Shown: positions 20,592 to 30,968 of the stretch, one piece after another
Numbering within the stretch: position 1 is the first letter of the stretch
Layout of the letters: each line of letters starts with the position of its first letter
Origin: Dehalococcoidia bacterium
GTDB taxonomy: Bacteria > Chloroflexota > Dehalococcoidia > Lucifugimonadales > VXLM01
Assembly (NCBI GenBank): GCA_034423035.1
Contig: DAOUJF010000010.1
Span: forward strand, 20,594 to 84,593
Length of the DNA: 64,000 nucleotides
Direction of reading: 5' to 3'
Made by a program: the position numbers and the translations under genes
The notes under the pieces: generated by a model
What the model was told of the DNA's origin: nothing
The model's database searches: none
The model's input: only the letters and a program-made list of their open reading frames with translations

Positions 20592-20660
20592 TGAAGATGG
20601 CCGTGCATCGTCGATGATATGAAGCAGTTACTTAAAAGCCCGTCGAAGTGTGGGAGCCCC

Positions 20661-20692
20661 CATTCATGGTTCGACAAGCTCACCAGGAACGG
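20661..20692 (-). repeat. REP-like element, family B second unit (CCGTTC.TGGTGAGCTTGTCGAACCATGAATG), inverted
   Basis: cattcatggttcgacaagctcaccaggaacgg is the reverse complement of the unit seen at 44752, 57568 and 57645. Confidence 0.7.
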
Positions 20693-20724
20693 AAAGGACA
20701 ACCGCTAACCGTACCGAGCAGCCC

Positions 20725-22023
20725 CTACTTGATCTTCAGGAACGCCGGGTACACGAACGCGAACACCACCGTGAACACCGCGAGCATGACTCCGCTTGCG
20801 AACAGCGCGTTTGCGCTGCCGATGCGCTCGGCCAGCGCCCCCAACGGCAGGGCGCTCAGGGGCATGGCCCCGAACGTCATCATCACGATGCTCATCATCC
20901 TGCCGCGCATCTCGGCGCTCGTGTAGGTCTGGACGAGGGTCATGATCAGCGACATGAACATCGAGCTCACCAGGCCCATGACGAGCAAGAGTGGCATGAC
21001 CACCGCGTAGGAACCCATCTTCGCGACCGTCGCCAGCAGGATCCCCCAAACGACGCAGCTTCCCAACAGCAGCATCCCACGCCTGTTGAATCGAGGAATG
21101 CTGGCGAGACCAAGCGAACCCATCAGGGCGCCCACACCCATGACGGCGTAGAGGCCGCCGAGGTTGTCGGAACGGACCTGCAATGACTCCCACGCCCACG
21201 CGGGCATGAGAGCGTACAGCGACATGCCGAACAGTATCGGAATGAACGACATGATGATCAGTCCGAACAGGGGCGAAGCGCTTCTCGCGTACGCCAGACC
21301 GGCGATGATGTCCCCGTACATGCTCTTGCCGGAGCGCTCTTTGCCCTCATTTCCAACCTTGATGGGGAGGATCGCCAGGAAGGCGGTCAGGTAGACGGCC
21401 GATATCAGGAAGAAGACCCCCTCGGTACCCACGAAGATAATCAGCACGCCCGCGATGGCGGGTCCAATGATGCGCGTGACATTCATGGCCGAGCTCATGA
21501 GCGACATGCCGTTCATCAGCTTGCTCTGCGGAATGATGTCCGACACCATCGCCTGGCGACTGGGCATGTTGAATGCCATCAGCGAGCCGTTGATCAGCCC
21601 GGAAATAATGACGTGCCACAGCTCGATCACTCCGGCGAAGTCCAATGTGCCGACGATAAGTGTCAGGACGGCGTTGCCCGCCTGGGTGTACAGCATCATT
21701 CGCCTTCTAGAGAAGCGGTCTGCCAGCACTCCCGCGATGGGCGAGAAAACCGTCATCGGGAGCGCGAACGTCACGATTACCGACGCGAGCGCCAGGGGAG
21801 AGGCGTCGGCAAGCTCCAGCACCAGCCAACTCCTCGTGATCCACTGCATGTTCATGCCGAGGTACGAGGTGAGAGCGCCCAGCCACAGCCAGCGAAAGTC
21901 GGGGTAGGCATACGATTCGACTGCCGGGAACCGGTCGGCGACGCGCTGAATCAGTCCGCGCCGGACGGGAACGGGGGGCAGTTCTGCGACCGGCTGAGAT
22001 TCAGGCTCCGTTCGGATGCTCAT
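20725..22023 (-). CDS. MFS transporter
   Basis: 432 aa, about 12 hydrophobic segments. The motif GVLADRFSRRRMM in loop 2-3 is typical of the MFS (EntS-like) family. Confidence 0.85.
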   Translation of the reverse strand: MSIRTEPESQPVAELPPVPVRRGLIQRVADRFPAVESYAYPDFRWLWLGALTSYLGMNMQWITRSWLVLELADASPLALASVIVTFALPMTVFSPIAGVLADRFSRRRMMLYTQAGNAVLTLIVGTLDFAGVIELWHVIISGLINGSLMAFNMPSRQAMVSDIIPQSKLMNGMSLMSSAMNVTRIIGPAIAGVLIIFVGTEGVFFLISAVYLTAFLAILPIKVGNEGKERSGKSMYGDIIAGLAYARSASPLFGLIIMSFIPILFGMSLYALMPAWAWESLQVRSDNLGGLYAVMGVGALMGSLGLASIPRFNRRGMLLLGSCVVWGILLATVAKMGSYAVVMPLLLVMGLVSSMFMSLIMTLVQTYTSAEMRGRMMSIVMMTFGAMPLSALPLGALAERIGSANALFASGVMLAVFTVVFAFVYPAFLKIK

Positions 22024-22133
22024 TAAGTCCCGAGGTGACTGGGGTACCGGACTAGACTACTCCCGCAGCGGGATGCGGTCAATACATAGGTTTCCAATGT
22101 TCTCGCATTCTTGGATTGTGAGACCCCATAACC

Positions 22134-22162
22134 TTGTAACAACGGGCCATCATCGCTACAAT
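22134..22162 (+). promoter_or_regulatory. promoter TTGTAA-N17-TACAAT for tRNA-Pro
   Basis: ttgtaa caacgggccatcatcgc tacaat. The -10 box ends 9 nt before the tRNA 5' end. Confidence 0.5.
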
Positions 22163-22171
22163 CCTCACAGT

Positions 22172-22247
22172 CGGGGTGTGGCGCAGTTGGTAGCGCGCGT
22201 CGTTCGGGACGACGAGGTCGCTGGTTCAAGTCCAGTCACCCCGACCA
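22172..22247 (+). tRNA. tRNA-Pro (anticodon CGG)
   Basis: Hand-folded 76 nt: acceptor CGGGGTG/CACCCCG, D-arm GCGC/GCGC, anticodon loop TTCGGGA, T-arm GCTGGTTCAAGTCCAGT, encoded CCA. Confidence 0.92.
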
Positions 22248-22329
22248 CTCAACCACCCTCCCTCACGTTTCCCTTTGGCCCTCAAGTACGCCCAAAGAAC
22301 TATACAATAGTCTCCGGGAGACCCCGCCG

Positions 22330-22833
22330 ATGCTAGGCGTCGAGTTGTACGTGGTTCGCGGCCAGAGCATGACTCCGACCTTCTCTGAAGGCGACCGGCT
22401 GATCGTAAGTCCTATTGTTGGTCGGTCCTACAGCTTCGTAAGGGGCGACGTGGTCGTGGTTCGTGACCGCTCCGACGGCGACCGTCGCCACATCAAGCGC
22501 CTGATCGGCTTTCCCCGAGAGAGCATCCGCCAGTCGGACGGTGTCCTCCTGTTGAACGACCTTCCCTTAGACGAGGACTACTTGGGCGGCCTCCCCGCCG
22601 TCATCGGACTGGACGACATCGCTTGGGACCTGGGTGACGACGAGTGGTTCCTTCTGGGCGACAACCGCGCGCGCAGCACCGACAGCCGTCAACTGGGTCT
22701 CGTGAAATTGGATGACATCGTTGGCACAGTCCTGTTCCGGTACTGGCCTCTTCACAAGTTGCGCCTCGTAAGCCGTCCAGCCTACAGGTCCCATCCCGCC
22801 ACGAAAGTCGTCGGACTTCGGCCGGAGGACTAA
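22330..22833 (+). CDS. S26-family signal peptidase I-like protease without obvious N-terminal membrane anchor
   Basis: GQSMTPTF (catalytic Ser box), KRLIG (Lys box), [11 protein letters not shown]; 167 aa. Confidence 0.75.
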   Translation: MLGVELYVVRGQSMTPTFSEGDRLIVSPIVGRSYSFVRGDVVVVRDRSDGDRRHIKRLIGFPRESIRQSDGVLLLNDLPLDEDYLGGLPAVIGLDDIAWDLGDDEWFLLGDNRARSTDSRQLGLVKLDDIVGTVLFRYWPLHKLRLVSRPAYRSHPATKVVGLRPED

Positions 22834-23816
22834 CGCTCTTCAGCCAGCCACTCCGCCACGTCCTTGGCATGATAGCTGATTATCATGTCCGCGCCCGCCC
22901 GCTTGATGCCCGTCAGTATCTCCATGACGATCCGTCGCTCGTCGATCCAGCCGTTGGCCGCAGCGGCCTTCACCATGGAGTATTCGCCGCTGACGTTGTA
23001 CGCGGCCAGCGGCGTGTCGAATCGCTCCTTCGCCCTCGCGATGACATCCAGATAGGCAAGCGCAGGCTTTACCATCACGATGTCCGCGCCCTCGAAGATA
23101 TCCTGCTCGATCTCACGCATCGCCTCGTTCACGTTCGGCGGGTCCATCTGGTAGCCCCTGCGGTCTCCCATCTGAGGCGCTGACTCCGCAGCAGTCCTGA
23201 ACGGCCCGTAGAAAGACGACGCGTACTTGGCCGAGTACGCCATGATCGGCACATTGTCATGGTCGTTGTCGTCAAGCGCGTCGCGGATCGCCCCGACCTG
23301 CCCGTCCATCATGGCCGACGGCGCGACGATGTCCGCCCCTGCTTCCGCCTGCGCGACCGCCGTCTCTACCAGTAGCTCCAGTGTCCGGTCATTGTCCACG
23401 ACGCCGTCTTCCGTCAAGAGTCCGCAATGCCCATGCGATGTGTACTCGCACATGCAAACATCCCCGATCACCGCGAGGTCGGGCTGCGCTTCTTTGACGA
23501 CGCGGATCGCCTCCTGCACGATGCCGTTCGGCGCGTAACCCTGCGACCCCACCTCGTCCTTGCGCGATGGGATACCAAACACCAGCACCGCCGGAATTCC
23601 CAGTTCTGCAACGTTCGTGACTTCCGTATTTAGGCTGTCGAGAGAATGCTGGAACATCCCCGGCATCGGCTCGATCTCGCGGGGTTCTCCAACTTCCTGG
23701 GAGACGAATATGGGATAGATGAAATCGGATACCGAAAGCCGCGTCTCCCGCACGAGTCGGCGCAGCGCCGGTGTCGCCCTCAAGCGCCGCATTCGGTTTT
23801 CGGGAAAGCTGCTCAT
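22830..23816 (-). CDS. hemB: porphobilinogen synthase
   Basis: RMRRLR, full-length ALAD sequence, [10 protein letters not shown] (Schiff-base Lys); 328 aa. Confidence 0.95.
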   Translation of the reverse strand: MSSFPENRMRRLRATPALRRLVRETRLSVSDFIYPIFVSQEVGEPREIEPMPGMFQHSLDSLNTEVTNVAELGIPAVLVFGIPSRKDEVGSQGYAPNGIVQEAIRVVKEAQPDLAVIGDVCMCEYTSHGHCGLLTEDGVVDNDRTLELLVETAVAQAEAGADIVAPSAMMDGQVGAIRDALDDNDHDNVPIMAYSAKYASSFYGPFRTAAESAPQMGDRRGYQMDPPNVNEAMREIEQDIFEGADIVMVKPALAYLDVIARAKERFDTPLAAYNVSGEYSMVKAAAANGWIDERRIVMEILTGIKRAGADMIISYHAKDVAEWLAEER

Positions 23817-25372
23817 CCGTCTGACCTTTCAGCCATATAGTGTGCAACTATCGAGTTCACGAGTCCACCCGCAGTCGAGTCCTCAGCAACGATGCCAACA
23901 TTCAGTCCCGCCCTGCGCGCAGCCTCCGCCGTTACCGGCCCGATGCACGCGACGTTGGCGCCCCCCAGTCGGGTCGCGTCACCTTCCATGAGACTCATCA
24001 AATTGGTGACCGTCGACGAGCTGGTAAACGTCACGACGTCTACGCCCACTCTAAGCGCTTCGCAGAGACGATCACCCGCATCCGGCGGCAGGACAGTCCT
24101 GTACGTCGTCACCTCCCGGACAACCGCTCCCAACCCTTCGAGTCCGCGCCTGAGACGTTCGGGGCGAACCTCTGCACCGGGAAGCAGGATATTTTGTCCC
24201 GTGACTCCAAGCTTGGCAAGATCTTCAATCAGTGACTGCGACACCGACTCCCGGGAGACGAGGTCGGCAACTATCCCACGTTCACGCAGCGCGGTTGCCG
24301 TGGCCGTTCCAATCGCCGCCACCCGCGACGCATGGAGCCGCCGTGCATCATGTCCCAAAGAGTCGAGCCGACTGAAGAGCTGCTCGACCGTGTTCGTGCT
24401 CGTGAAGACTACCCAATCGTAGTCGGCAAGCCGCGACAGTTCAGCATCGACTTTGCAAAAATCCTCGACCGGCTGGATCTCGATAGTCGGCACCTCCACC
24501 GGCTCAGCTCCCACCCTTTCAAATAGCTCGACCAGATCGGCCGACTGCGTTCGAGACCGGGTCACGAGCACCCTCTTGCCGAACAGGGGCCTGTTGTCGA
24601 ACCAGCGCGATACCTCCCGCAGGTTGACCACCTCGCCCACGACGACGACGACCGGATTGCTTAACCCTGCCTCACGCGCCTTTTCAGCGATACTTCCAAG
24701 CGTCCCGACAACGGTCTTCTGGTTCGACCATGTCCCCCACTGGATGACCGCTGCTGGTGTGTCCTCGCCTCGCCCGCCGTCAATGAGAGCTTTCGCAATC
24801 GACGGCAGGTTCTCCCAGCCCATCAGCAGGCTCAGCGTGCCCTCCGACTTTGCAAGCAGGTCCCAGTCCACCGCCGACTCCGCACTGTCCGGCGATTTGC
24901 TTCCGGTAACGATCGTAGCCGAAGATGACACCCCCCTGTGCGTCAATGGTATGCCGGCGTAGGTGGGAGCCGCAATCGCGGACGATATGCCCGGCACCAC
25001 CTCGAACGGTATGCAGGCCTCCGCAAGGGCCGCGACCTCTTCTCCCCCACGTCCGAATATGAACGGGTCTCCCCCCTTTAGACGCACGACCCTCTTGCCA
25101 TGACGCGCCCGATCTATGAGCAGTTCATTGATCTCCGCCTGCCAGTCTCGTGGTCCCCCAGGCTTCTTGCCCACGTGGACCAGTTCCGCGTCCTTCGGTG
25201 CGTGTCCCAGCAGTCGCCGGTCCACGAGGCGGTCATAGAAGACCACGTCGGCCTCCTCCAGATAACGGCGACCCCTGATCGTCAGCAACTCCGGATCGCC
25301 CGGCCCCGCGCCGACGAGCGCGACTTGCCCAACGGAAGGGTTGGAACTGCCAATATTTTCTTCACTCACCAT
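23813..25372 (-). CDS. cobA/hemD: bifunctional uroporphyrinogen-III C-methyltransferase / uroporphyrinogen-III synthase
   Basis: N-terminus [22 protein letters not shown] (SUMT), C-terminal HemD-like half; 519 aa. 4-nt overlap with hemB. Confidence 0.9.
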   Translation of the reverse strand: MVSEENIGSSNPSVGQVALVGAGPGDPELLTIRGRRYLEEADVVFYDRLVDRRLLGHAPKDAELVHVGKKPGGPRDWQAEINELLIDRARHGKRVVRLKGGDPFIFGRGGEEVAALAEACIPFEVVPGISSAIAAPTYAGIPLTHRGVSSSATIVTGSKSPDSAESAVDWDLLAKSEGTLSLLMGWENLPSIAKALIDGGRGEDTPAAVIQWGTWSNQKTVVGTLGSIAEKAREAGLSNPVVVVVGEVVNLREVSRWFDNRPLFGKRVLVTRSRTQSADLVELFERVGAEPVEVPTIEIQPVEDFCKVDAELSRLADYDWVVFTSTNTVEQLFSRLDSLGHDARRLHASRVAAIGTATATALRERGIVADLVSRESVSQSLIEDLAKLGVTGQNILLPGAEVRPERLRRGLEGLGAVVREVTTYRTVLPPDAGDRLCEALRVGVDVVTFTSSSTVTNLMSLMEGDATRLGGANVACIGPVTAEAARRAGLNVGIVAEDSTAGGLVNSIVAHYMAERSDG

Positions 25373-25467
25373 GCCCTATTCATTACTCCGTACAAATGGC
25401 CACTACCAATTTGTCATAACAGCGCCGTAATCATTGGAATGCACGGCCAGAACAACAACCGCCCACC

Positions 25468-25494
25468 GTCATTCCTGCGTAGGCAGGAATCCAT
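25468..25494 (+). repeat. REP-like hairpin, family A
   Basis: gtcattcctgcgtaggcaggaatccat. Confidence 0.75.
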
Positions 25495-25557
25495 CGGACC
25501 CCCTCAGCGAGAATACGACTTAACCGTCGGCAAGTGGTCCTAATGACCGCCGTCCGT

Positions 25558-26478
25558 TCATGCACCCCGTACGAATTCGGATGCTCCCAAATCCAGTAGC
25601 GTCATGGCCGCGCTCCGTCCCATTTGTTCCGCCTCGTTCACGTCTCCCTCGACCTGCGACCGCACGATCCTATCGCCGTCCGGTGTCGCCGCCACGGAGA
25701 ACACACGCATCCGCTGACCGTCGATTTTCCCATACGCTGCAACCGGCGATGTGCATCCTCCGCCTATGGTATCGAGGAACGCCCGCTCTGCCCTGAACGC
25801 ACACGAAGTCTCTTCCAGAACTATAGACGAGAGCATGTCTTCCATCTCGCCGTCATCCTGTCGAAACTCGGCCACCAGCGTTCCCTGACCAACATCCGGC
25901 GTGACCTGATCAACACCCAGGAACTCCGTCGCCTCCGACAGCCTACCGAGCCGCGCCAGTCCCGCCGCCGCGATCACCACGCCGTCGTAGTCCGGGCCAC
26001 GCGCCTTGTCCAATCGCGTTCCCACATTGCCCCGTATCGGCACTACCTCGATATCGGGCCGCATGGCCACAATCTGCGACTTCCGTCGTGGACTCCCTGT
26101 TCCCAGCCGCGTGCCTGCCGGGAGACCCATGAGCGGCAGCCCTGACTTCGAGACCAGAACGTCCCGCGCGTCCTGACGCTCGCCGACGGGCAATGTCCTC
26201 AACCCTTCCGGAATGTCCGGCCCGACGTCCTTCGCGCTATGAACGGCGAAGTCGATCTCGCCGTCCAGCAGGTCGAGTTCAATGTCTTTGACGAATGCGC
26301 CTCGTCCCAACGAAGTCAGGACGGCATCGGCGTTCCGGTCACCGCGCGTGGAGAGGTGTACAACCTCGAACTCCGCGTCCGGGAATCGCGCTCTGAGCAG
26401 CGAGAGCACCTCTTCGGTCTGTGCCAGCGCAAGAGGACTCGACCGGGAGCCGACGCGGACTGTTCGTGAGGGCTTCAA
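25558..26478 (-). CDS. hemC: hydroxymethylbilane synthase
   Basis: VRVGSRSSPLALAQ..., RGNV.TRL, conserved Cys region GGCTSPVAA. TTG start. Confidence 0.92.
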   Translation of the reverse strand: MKPSRTVRVGSRSSPLALAQTEEVLSLLRARFPDAEFEVVHLSTRGDRNADAVLTSLGRGAFVKDIELDLLDGEIDFAVHSAKDVGPDIPEGLRTLPVGERQDARDVLVSKSGLPLMGLPAGTRLGTGSPRRKSQIVAMRPDIEVVPIRGNVGTRLDKARGPDYDGVVIAAAGLARLGRLSEATEFLGVDQVTPDVGQGTLVAEFRQDDGEMEDMLSSIVLEETSCAFRAERAFLDTIGGGCTSPVAAYGKIDGQRMRVFSVAATPDGDRIVRSQVEGDVNEAEQMGRSAAMTLLDLGASEFVRGA

Positions 26479-26534
26479 GCCCGGACCTCCGGGTCAAGTT
26501 CGTTTGTCAGACAATAGAAGGCAATACCCACATC

Positions 26535-26588
26535 GTCATTCCCGCGAAGGAACGTCACCCCGTACTTCGATACGGGGCGGGAATCCAT
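26535..26588 (+). repeat. REP-like hairpin, family A, long variant with nested hairpin
   Basis: gtcattcccgcgaaggaacgtcaccccgtacttcgatacggggcgggaatccat. Followed by a further hairpin, ctccggcctacgccggag (26602-26626). Confidence 0.75.
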
Positions 26589-26677
26589 CCCCGGCTTCTG
26601 GACTCCGGCCTACGCCGGAGTGACGGTGCAACACCATTTTCATCGTTTGATAGTGTCGGTGGCAACCGATGGTTCTG

Positions 26678-27403
26678 TCACTGGGAAACGGGTGTCGGAA
26701 CCGCCATCTCTTCATACATCTCGCATACGTCATCGGCGCAATCGCACGTCGTCCCCACAAGCAAAGAGTCCATCAGTACCTTCCTCGCGCACTCGATGTC
26801 TCCCGCCTGCACGAGGTCGATCAACTCGTCCGTCAGACATGCCTGCCAGTGGTCGAGATTCAGGCGGATCCCCTTGTCGAGAAGTTGCAGACGAGCCTCC
26901 GACAGCAGGGGAGCGAGATCGGCGAAGTCCATGAGCTCATGCCGCGACTCCAGACGGCACTCTCCGTTCAGTATCTCGCGGAACCTCCGCGCCAGTGCAG
27001 GGCTTGCCCCTCCCGTCGACGTAGCGACGATCACGTCTCCCCGCCGCGCCACGGACGGAGTTATCCACGTGCAAAGATGGGTCACGTCCGCGACGTTCAG
27101 TGGAACATTCCGCTCGCGGGCTTCCTCGGATACCGCATTGTTCACCGCCTCGTCACTCGTGTCGGCCACGATGGCGATGAACGCGCCGTCGAGGTCGCCG
27201 CTCTGGTACGGCCTTCGCACCCACTCGATCTTCCCGCTATCAGCGAGCTCCGACACCTCGTCTTTAACGTCGGGACTCACTACGACCACCTGCGCCTCGT
27301 AGGGCAGCAGTCGCGTGACCTTCTCTTCACCCATATCGCCGCCGCCGATCACGACGACGCGCCGTCCGCGCAGATCGAGAAAAACGGGATAGTATAGCGG
27401 CAT
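26678..27403 (-). CDS. sirC: precorrin-2 dehydrogenase / sirohydrochlorin ferrochelatase (SirC/Met8-like)
   Basis: ORF trimmed to ATG 27403; MPLYYPVFLDLRGRRVVVIGGGDMGEEK Rossmann N-terminus typical of the CysG N-domain. Confidence 0.75.
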   Translation of the reverse strand: MPLYYPVFLDLRGRRVVVIGGGDMGEEKVTRLLPYEAQVVVVSPDVKDEVSELADSGKIEWVRRPYQSGDLDGAFIAIVADTSDEAVNNAVSEEARERNVPLNVADVTHLCTWITPSVARRGDVIVATSTGGASPALARRFREILNGECRLESRHELMDFADLAPLLSEARLQLLDKGIRLNLDHWQACLTDELIDLVQAGDIECARKVLMDSLLVGTTCDCADDVCEMYEEMAVPTPVSQ

Positions 27404-27422
27404 AAGACTTGCTCTCTGCCTA

Positions 27423-28199
27423 CTACCGACCCGACTGGCCCTTCTCGGTCCACTCTTTGCGCTGCCTTTCGAGGTCGCGCGCCCGCGCCTCCTGCAGCTC
27501 TTCGTCAGGCCTCGCCCGTGCAGAGTGGAAGATGGTGCCGAGACCCCACCGGTCGCGGTCGCTCGTGTTCGGCCCGGCCCTGTGGAGCATCTGCCAGTGG
27601 TGAATGACAACATCTCCCGGTTCCGCCGGAATCGGCACTTCTCCGGCGAAATCGGCGTCGCCGTAGTCCGTCACCCCAAGCGAGAAGCCGAAGATCCCGG
27701 ATGGCCCATGCGGACGCACCGGACGTTGATGAGTGCCCGAAATGTAGCGCAGGCAGCCGTTCTCCTCGTCCACCGTGTCGAGGGCCAGCCACATCGTCAG
27801 CGCCTCGTTGGGCGTCAACGGGATGTAGAAGGCGTCCTGGTGCGCGGGTGTCTCCACCCCGACGCGCGCGGGCTTGTTGAATAGCTGGCAGTACTGCGCA
27901 ACCACGTCCCCGCCAAGCAGCAGTTCCGCTAGCGCAGTGAACTTGCCCGTATTGATCAGGTCGCTGAAGTAATCGTCGTACTTCGACATGTGGCCGAGAC
28001 GCTTCAGGGTCTCAGGCTGTCCCTTCACGTCGTACATCACCTCGTATTCGGGGACCGTCGGCGCGACCTCTTCGATGTACCTGCTGATCTCCTTGCGAAG
28101 ACCGGCCACCTCATCGGCGTCCATGAACCCGCGTACGGCCACCCAGCCATTCTCGTCCCAGTGGCTCTTGATGTCCGCTTGATTGTCCTGCCATCCCAT
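27423..28199 (-). CDS. phytanoyl-CoA dioxygenase (PhyH) family Fe(II)/2OG oxygenase
   Basis: HQDAFY (HxD) and distal His in VVIHHWQMLHRAGPN; 258 aa. Confidence 0.8.
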   Translation of the reverse strand: MGWQDNQADIKSHWDENGWVAVRGFMDADEVAGLRKEISRYIEEVAPTVPEYEVMYDVKGQPETLKRLGHMSKYDDYFSDLINTGKFTALAELLLGGDVVAQYCQLFNKPARVGVETPAHQDAFYIPLTPNEALTMWLALDTVDEENGCLRYISGTHQRPVRPHGPSGIFGFSLGVTDYGDADFAGEVPIPAEPGDVVIHHWQMLHRAGPNTSDRDRWGLGTIFHSARARPDEELQEARARDLERQRKEWTEKGQSGR

Positions 28200-28267
28200 G
28201 AGACCGCCTCCGAACGTGAGATGTTACGCGAACATGATACACGAACGTAGTAACCGCCCGTACGTCC

Positions 28268-29065
28268 TCACCTACCCAGCGCCTTCGCCAGCTCCCTGCC
28301 CTGCTCCTGCATGTACTCGTAGATGATGTTCACGTCCGTGCCTATGCAGAAGTCGATGACGCCCATGTCCATGTACGGCTTCGCGTCCTCCCAGTTGCCG
28401 ATCTCGATACGGGGACGGATGCCCTTGGCGATGCACGTCTCGATCGTGTACTTCTGGGCCTCCATGATCTCCGGGTGCGAGTAGTCGCCCGCCCGCCCGA
28501 TGCTCATCGAGTAGTCGCCGGGGCCGAACTGCACCATGTCGATGCCCGGCACGTCGAGAATGGCCTCCAGGTCTTCGACCGCCTCGCGCTTCTCGACCAT
28601 GATCGCGACGACCGCCTCCTCCGCCACCTTCACCCAGTCGGCCAACGACACGCCCGGGAACACGTAGCCCATGTCCCGCGTGCTCGTCGCCCCCGCGATG
28701 CCCCCTGCAGACGGCGTCTCCGGTCGGACGGCCCGCACCGACTCCAGCGCGTCGTCCACCGTGCGGATGTCGGCGAACAGCAGGTTCTGGATGCCCGATC
28801 CCGTCGCCTTCTCGGCCAGATACGTCCGCGGCTCCTGGTCGACCTTTATCATCGATGTCATGTGGTCGAACAGCTCAATTGCTCGCGCAAAGTTGTCCAG
28901 CGAGAACAGGTCATACGGAGCATACTGGCTCGTGAACTCCACGTAGTCGATGGTGCCGGAATACCCAATCACCTCGGCAAATCCCGGCCACACGGTATGC
29001 ACGTGTGTCCCAATGGTCGGCTTGCCCTCATTGATGAGATCGCGCAGAACGTTGTTCTTCTTCAA
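28268..29065 (-). CDS. HpcH/HpaI family aldolase
   Basis: 265 aa; GT.V....P...E..G..G.DYV..T.QY, MVEKREAVE..ILDVPGIDMVQFGPGDY pattern of HpcH/HpaI class II aldolases. Confidence 0.8.
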   Translation of the reverse strand: MKKNNVLRDLINEGKPTIGTHVHTVWPGFAEVIGYSGTIDYVEFTSQYAPYDLFSLDNFARAIELFDHMTSMIKVDQEPRTYLAEKATGSGIQNLLFADIRTVDDALESVRAVRPETPSAGGIAGATSTRDMGYVFPGVSLADWVKVAEEAVVAIMVEKREAVEDLEAILDVPGIDMVQFGPGDYSMSIGRAGDYSHPEIMEAQKYTIETCIAKGIRPRIEIGNWEDAKPYMDMGVIDFCIGTDVNIIYEYMQEQGRELAKALGR

Positions 29066-29162
29066 AGTCGTCTCCTAGGGTGTCATTTGGTGTGAATTAG
29101 GATATGCCGATCTGAGACCGAGAAGAATCTCGGCGGTTGTTTGGAGTGAAACTGATCGGTCG

Positions 29163-29432
29163 TCAGGTATTCTGACGCTTGAATGTCAGATACCATCCAG
29201 TGATGACGAGCGGTCGCGCAATGGCTGCGGCCCCACTGATATTCTTCTGTTCATAGTACCAGTTGGGTTCCATGCTTATGAGTTCCCATCTGTCTTTGGA
29301 CATACGATTCAGATTGTTCTGAAGGCCGTTAGAATCGTACTGACTGGCAACTTCCTTTGGCATGCCAATGCCAAAGGACCTCTCTTCTGAAACTCTAGCG
29401 GTCCTAAAGTACTGATGCTTGTATTCCCACAT
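29163..29432 (-). CDS. small hypothetical protein, DUF4177-like
   Basis: MWEYKH...LNRMSKDRWELISMEP resembles the DUF4177 pattern. Visibly lower GC than neighbours. Confidence 0.4.
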   Translation of the reverse strand: MWEYKHQYFRTARVSEERSFGIGMPKEVASQYDSNGLQNNLNRMSKDRWELISMEPNWYYEQKNISGAAAIARPLVITGWYLTFKRQNT

Positions 29433-29506
29433 ACTGCCTCTTTCTTTTGGAATTTCCCCAAGTGTTTAGAATGCTATCCTTAGTGTGGCTGGAGGGAAAG
29501 TACGTA

Positions 29507-30652
29507 TCATCCCTCAAGCACATTCCGCGAAATAATCATCCTCTGTATTTCTGACGTGCCCTCATATATCTCCGTAATCTTCGCGTCGCGATACAGTCTC
29601 TCCACCGTCGAGGGCGAAAAATACCCGACTCCCCCGTGTATCTGGACGGCCCTGTCCGCCGTCTCGACCGCGACACGCGACGCAAAGAGCTTCGCCATCG
29701 AGGCTTCCTTGACGAACGGCCTCCCCGCGTCTAGGAGCGTCGCCGCCTGCATCACCAGCAGCCGCGCGGCCTCGACCTCCGTTGCCATGTCGGCGATCAT
29801 CCACTGGATCCCCTGCATCTCCGAGATGGTCTTCCCGAACGCCTCGCGTTGCTTCGCGTACTTCACTGCCTCCTCATACGCGGCCTGCGCCACGCCCACC
29901 GCCTGCGCCGCTATCCCGATGCGGCTGGCGTTTAGGACCTCCATAGTGGCCCTGAATCCCTCGTATTCCTCGCCCATCCGGTTGGTCACGGGCACCCGGC
30001 AGTCGTCGAAGAACACCTCGCACGTCGACGATGCCCGTATGCCCATCTTGCCGTGCATGGGAGTGATGGTCATGCCCGGCGTGTCGCCGTCCACGATCAG
30101 CGCAATGAAGCCCCTTGAGCCGAGGCTCGGATCGAGCGATGCAAGCACGGTGAGCACACCGGCCTCAGTTGCATTCGTGATGAAGACCTTCGACCCGTTC
30201 AGCACGTAGTCGTCGCCGTCTCGCTTGGCCGTCGTGCTGATAGAGGCCGCGTCGCTCCCCGCGCCCGGCTCCGTGAGGGCGAACGCTCCAATCGTCCTCC
30301 CCGCCGTCATCCCCGGAAGATATCGGTTCTTGTGCTCCTCCGTTCCGTGCATGTTAATGAACTGGGCCGCAAGAGACTGGTGCGCGACGTACACCGTACT
30401 CGTCCCCGTGCATCCCCGCGCAAGTTCCTCCGCGACAATCGCCCCTTGCCGCGCCGTTCCTCCGCTCCCACCGTACGCTTCATCAACTCCCAGCCCGAAC
30501 AGCCCAAGCTCCGCCAGACCCTCCACGTTATCAGCCGGAAACTCCCCACTCTCGTCATATCCTGCCGCCCTCGGCGCGAGCACGTCGTCCGCAAACTCCC
30601 GCACCGCCGTACGGAGCAGCTGCTCTTCATCTGTCAACAAGAGGTGACTCAT
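29507..30652 (-). CDS. acyl-CoA dehydrogenase
   Basis: 381 aa, full ACAD sequence: FALTEPGAGSD, C-terminus IYEGTSEIQR. Confidence 0.92.
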   Translation of the reverse strand: MSHLLLTDEEQLLRTAVREFADDVLAPRAAGYDESGEFPADNVEGLAELGLFGLGVDEAYGGSGGTARQGAIVAEELARGCTGTSTVYVAHQSLAAQFINMHGTEEHKNRYLPGMTAGRTIGAFALTEPGAGSDAASISTTAKRDGDDYVLNGSKVFITNATEAGVLTVLASLDPSLGSRGFIALIVDGDTPGMTITPMHGKMGIRASSTCEVFFDDCRVPVTNRMGEEYEGFRATMEVLNASRIGIAAQAVGVAQAAYEEAVKYAKQREAFGKTISEMQGIQWMIADMATEVEAARLLVMQAATLLDAGRPFVKEASMAKLFASRVAVETADRAVQIHGGVGYFSPSTVERLYRDAKITEIYEGTSEIQRMIISRNVLEG

Positions 30653-30688
30653 CGCGCCCCTGACAAAAGACCTCTACGCCATAGAATT

Positions 30689-30715
30689 GTCATTCCGGCG
30701 GAGGCCGGAATCCAG
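30689..30715 (+). repeat. REP-like hairpin, family A
   Basis: gtcattccggcggaggccggaatccag. Confidence 0.75.
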
Positions 30716-30780
30716 CACCTGGCACCCAGCACCTAGAACCCGACTGGCAGTATGACGCACCGAAATGACCGATTGCAACC

Positions 30781-30810
30781 TTGACACAGGCTCTCCCGCA
30801 CCTTTACAGT
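30781..30810 (+). promoter_or_regulatory. promoter-like TTGACA-N18-TACAGT upstream of aroG leader
   Basis: ttgaca caggctctcccgcacctt tacagt. The -10 box ends 10 nt before the leader ORF ATG. Confidence 0.35.
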
Positions 30811-30820
30811 AGATTGCGAG

Positions 30821-30907
30821 ATGCGAATATCCGGTCGCTACGCGTACTATTACTTCTACTTTACCGGCCCAACGGCAGCCGGAGGAGGACAGGTGCGCGG
30901 GACGTAG
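30821..30907 (+). CDS. putative Tyr/Phe-rich leader peptide (28 aa) of an aroG attenuator
   Basis: ATG CGA ATA TCC GGT CGC TAC GCG TAC TAT TAC TTC TAC TTT ACC ... TAG translates to MRISGRYAYYYFYFTGPTAAGGGQVRGT. That is 5 Tyr and 2 Phe within 8 consecutive codons. It is not in the ORF track because it is too short. Confidence 0.55.
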   Translation: MRISGRYAYYYFYFTGPTAAGGGQVRGT

Positions 30908-30939
30908 ACCGACAAGCATCCCAAGCGAGAACACCGAGA

Positions 30940-30968
30940 CCTCAACCGGCAGCGGTTGGGGTCTTTTC
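30940..30968 (+). terminator. intrinsic-terminator-like hairpin (attenuator 3:4) in the aroG leader
   Basis: cctcaaccg gcag cggttgggg tcttttc: a 9-bp stem (one G-U), tetraloop and U-rich tail, 20 nt before the aroG ATG. The upstream gene is divergent, so this cannot be its terminator. Confidence 0.6.
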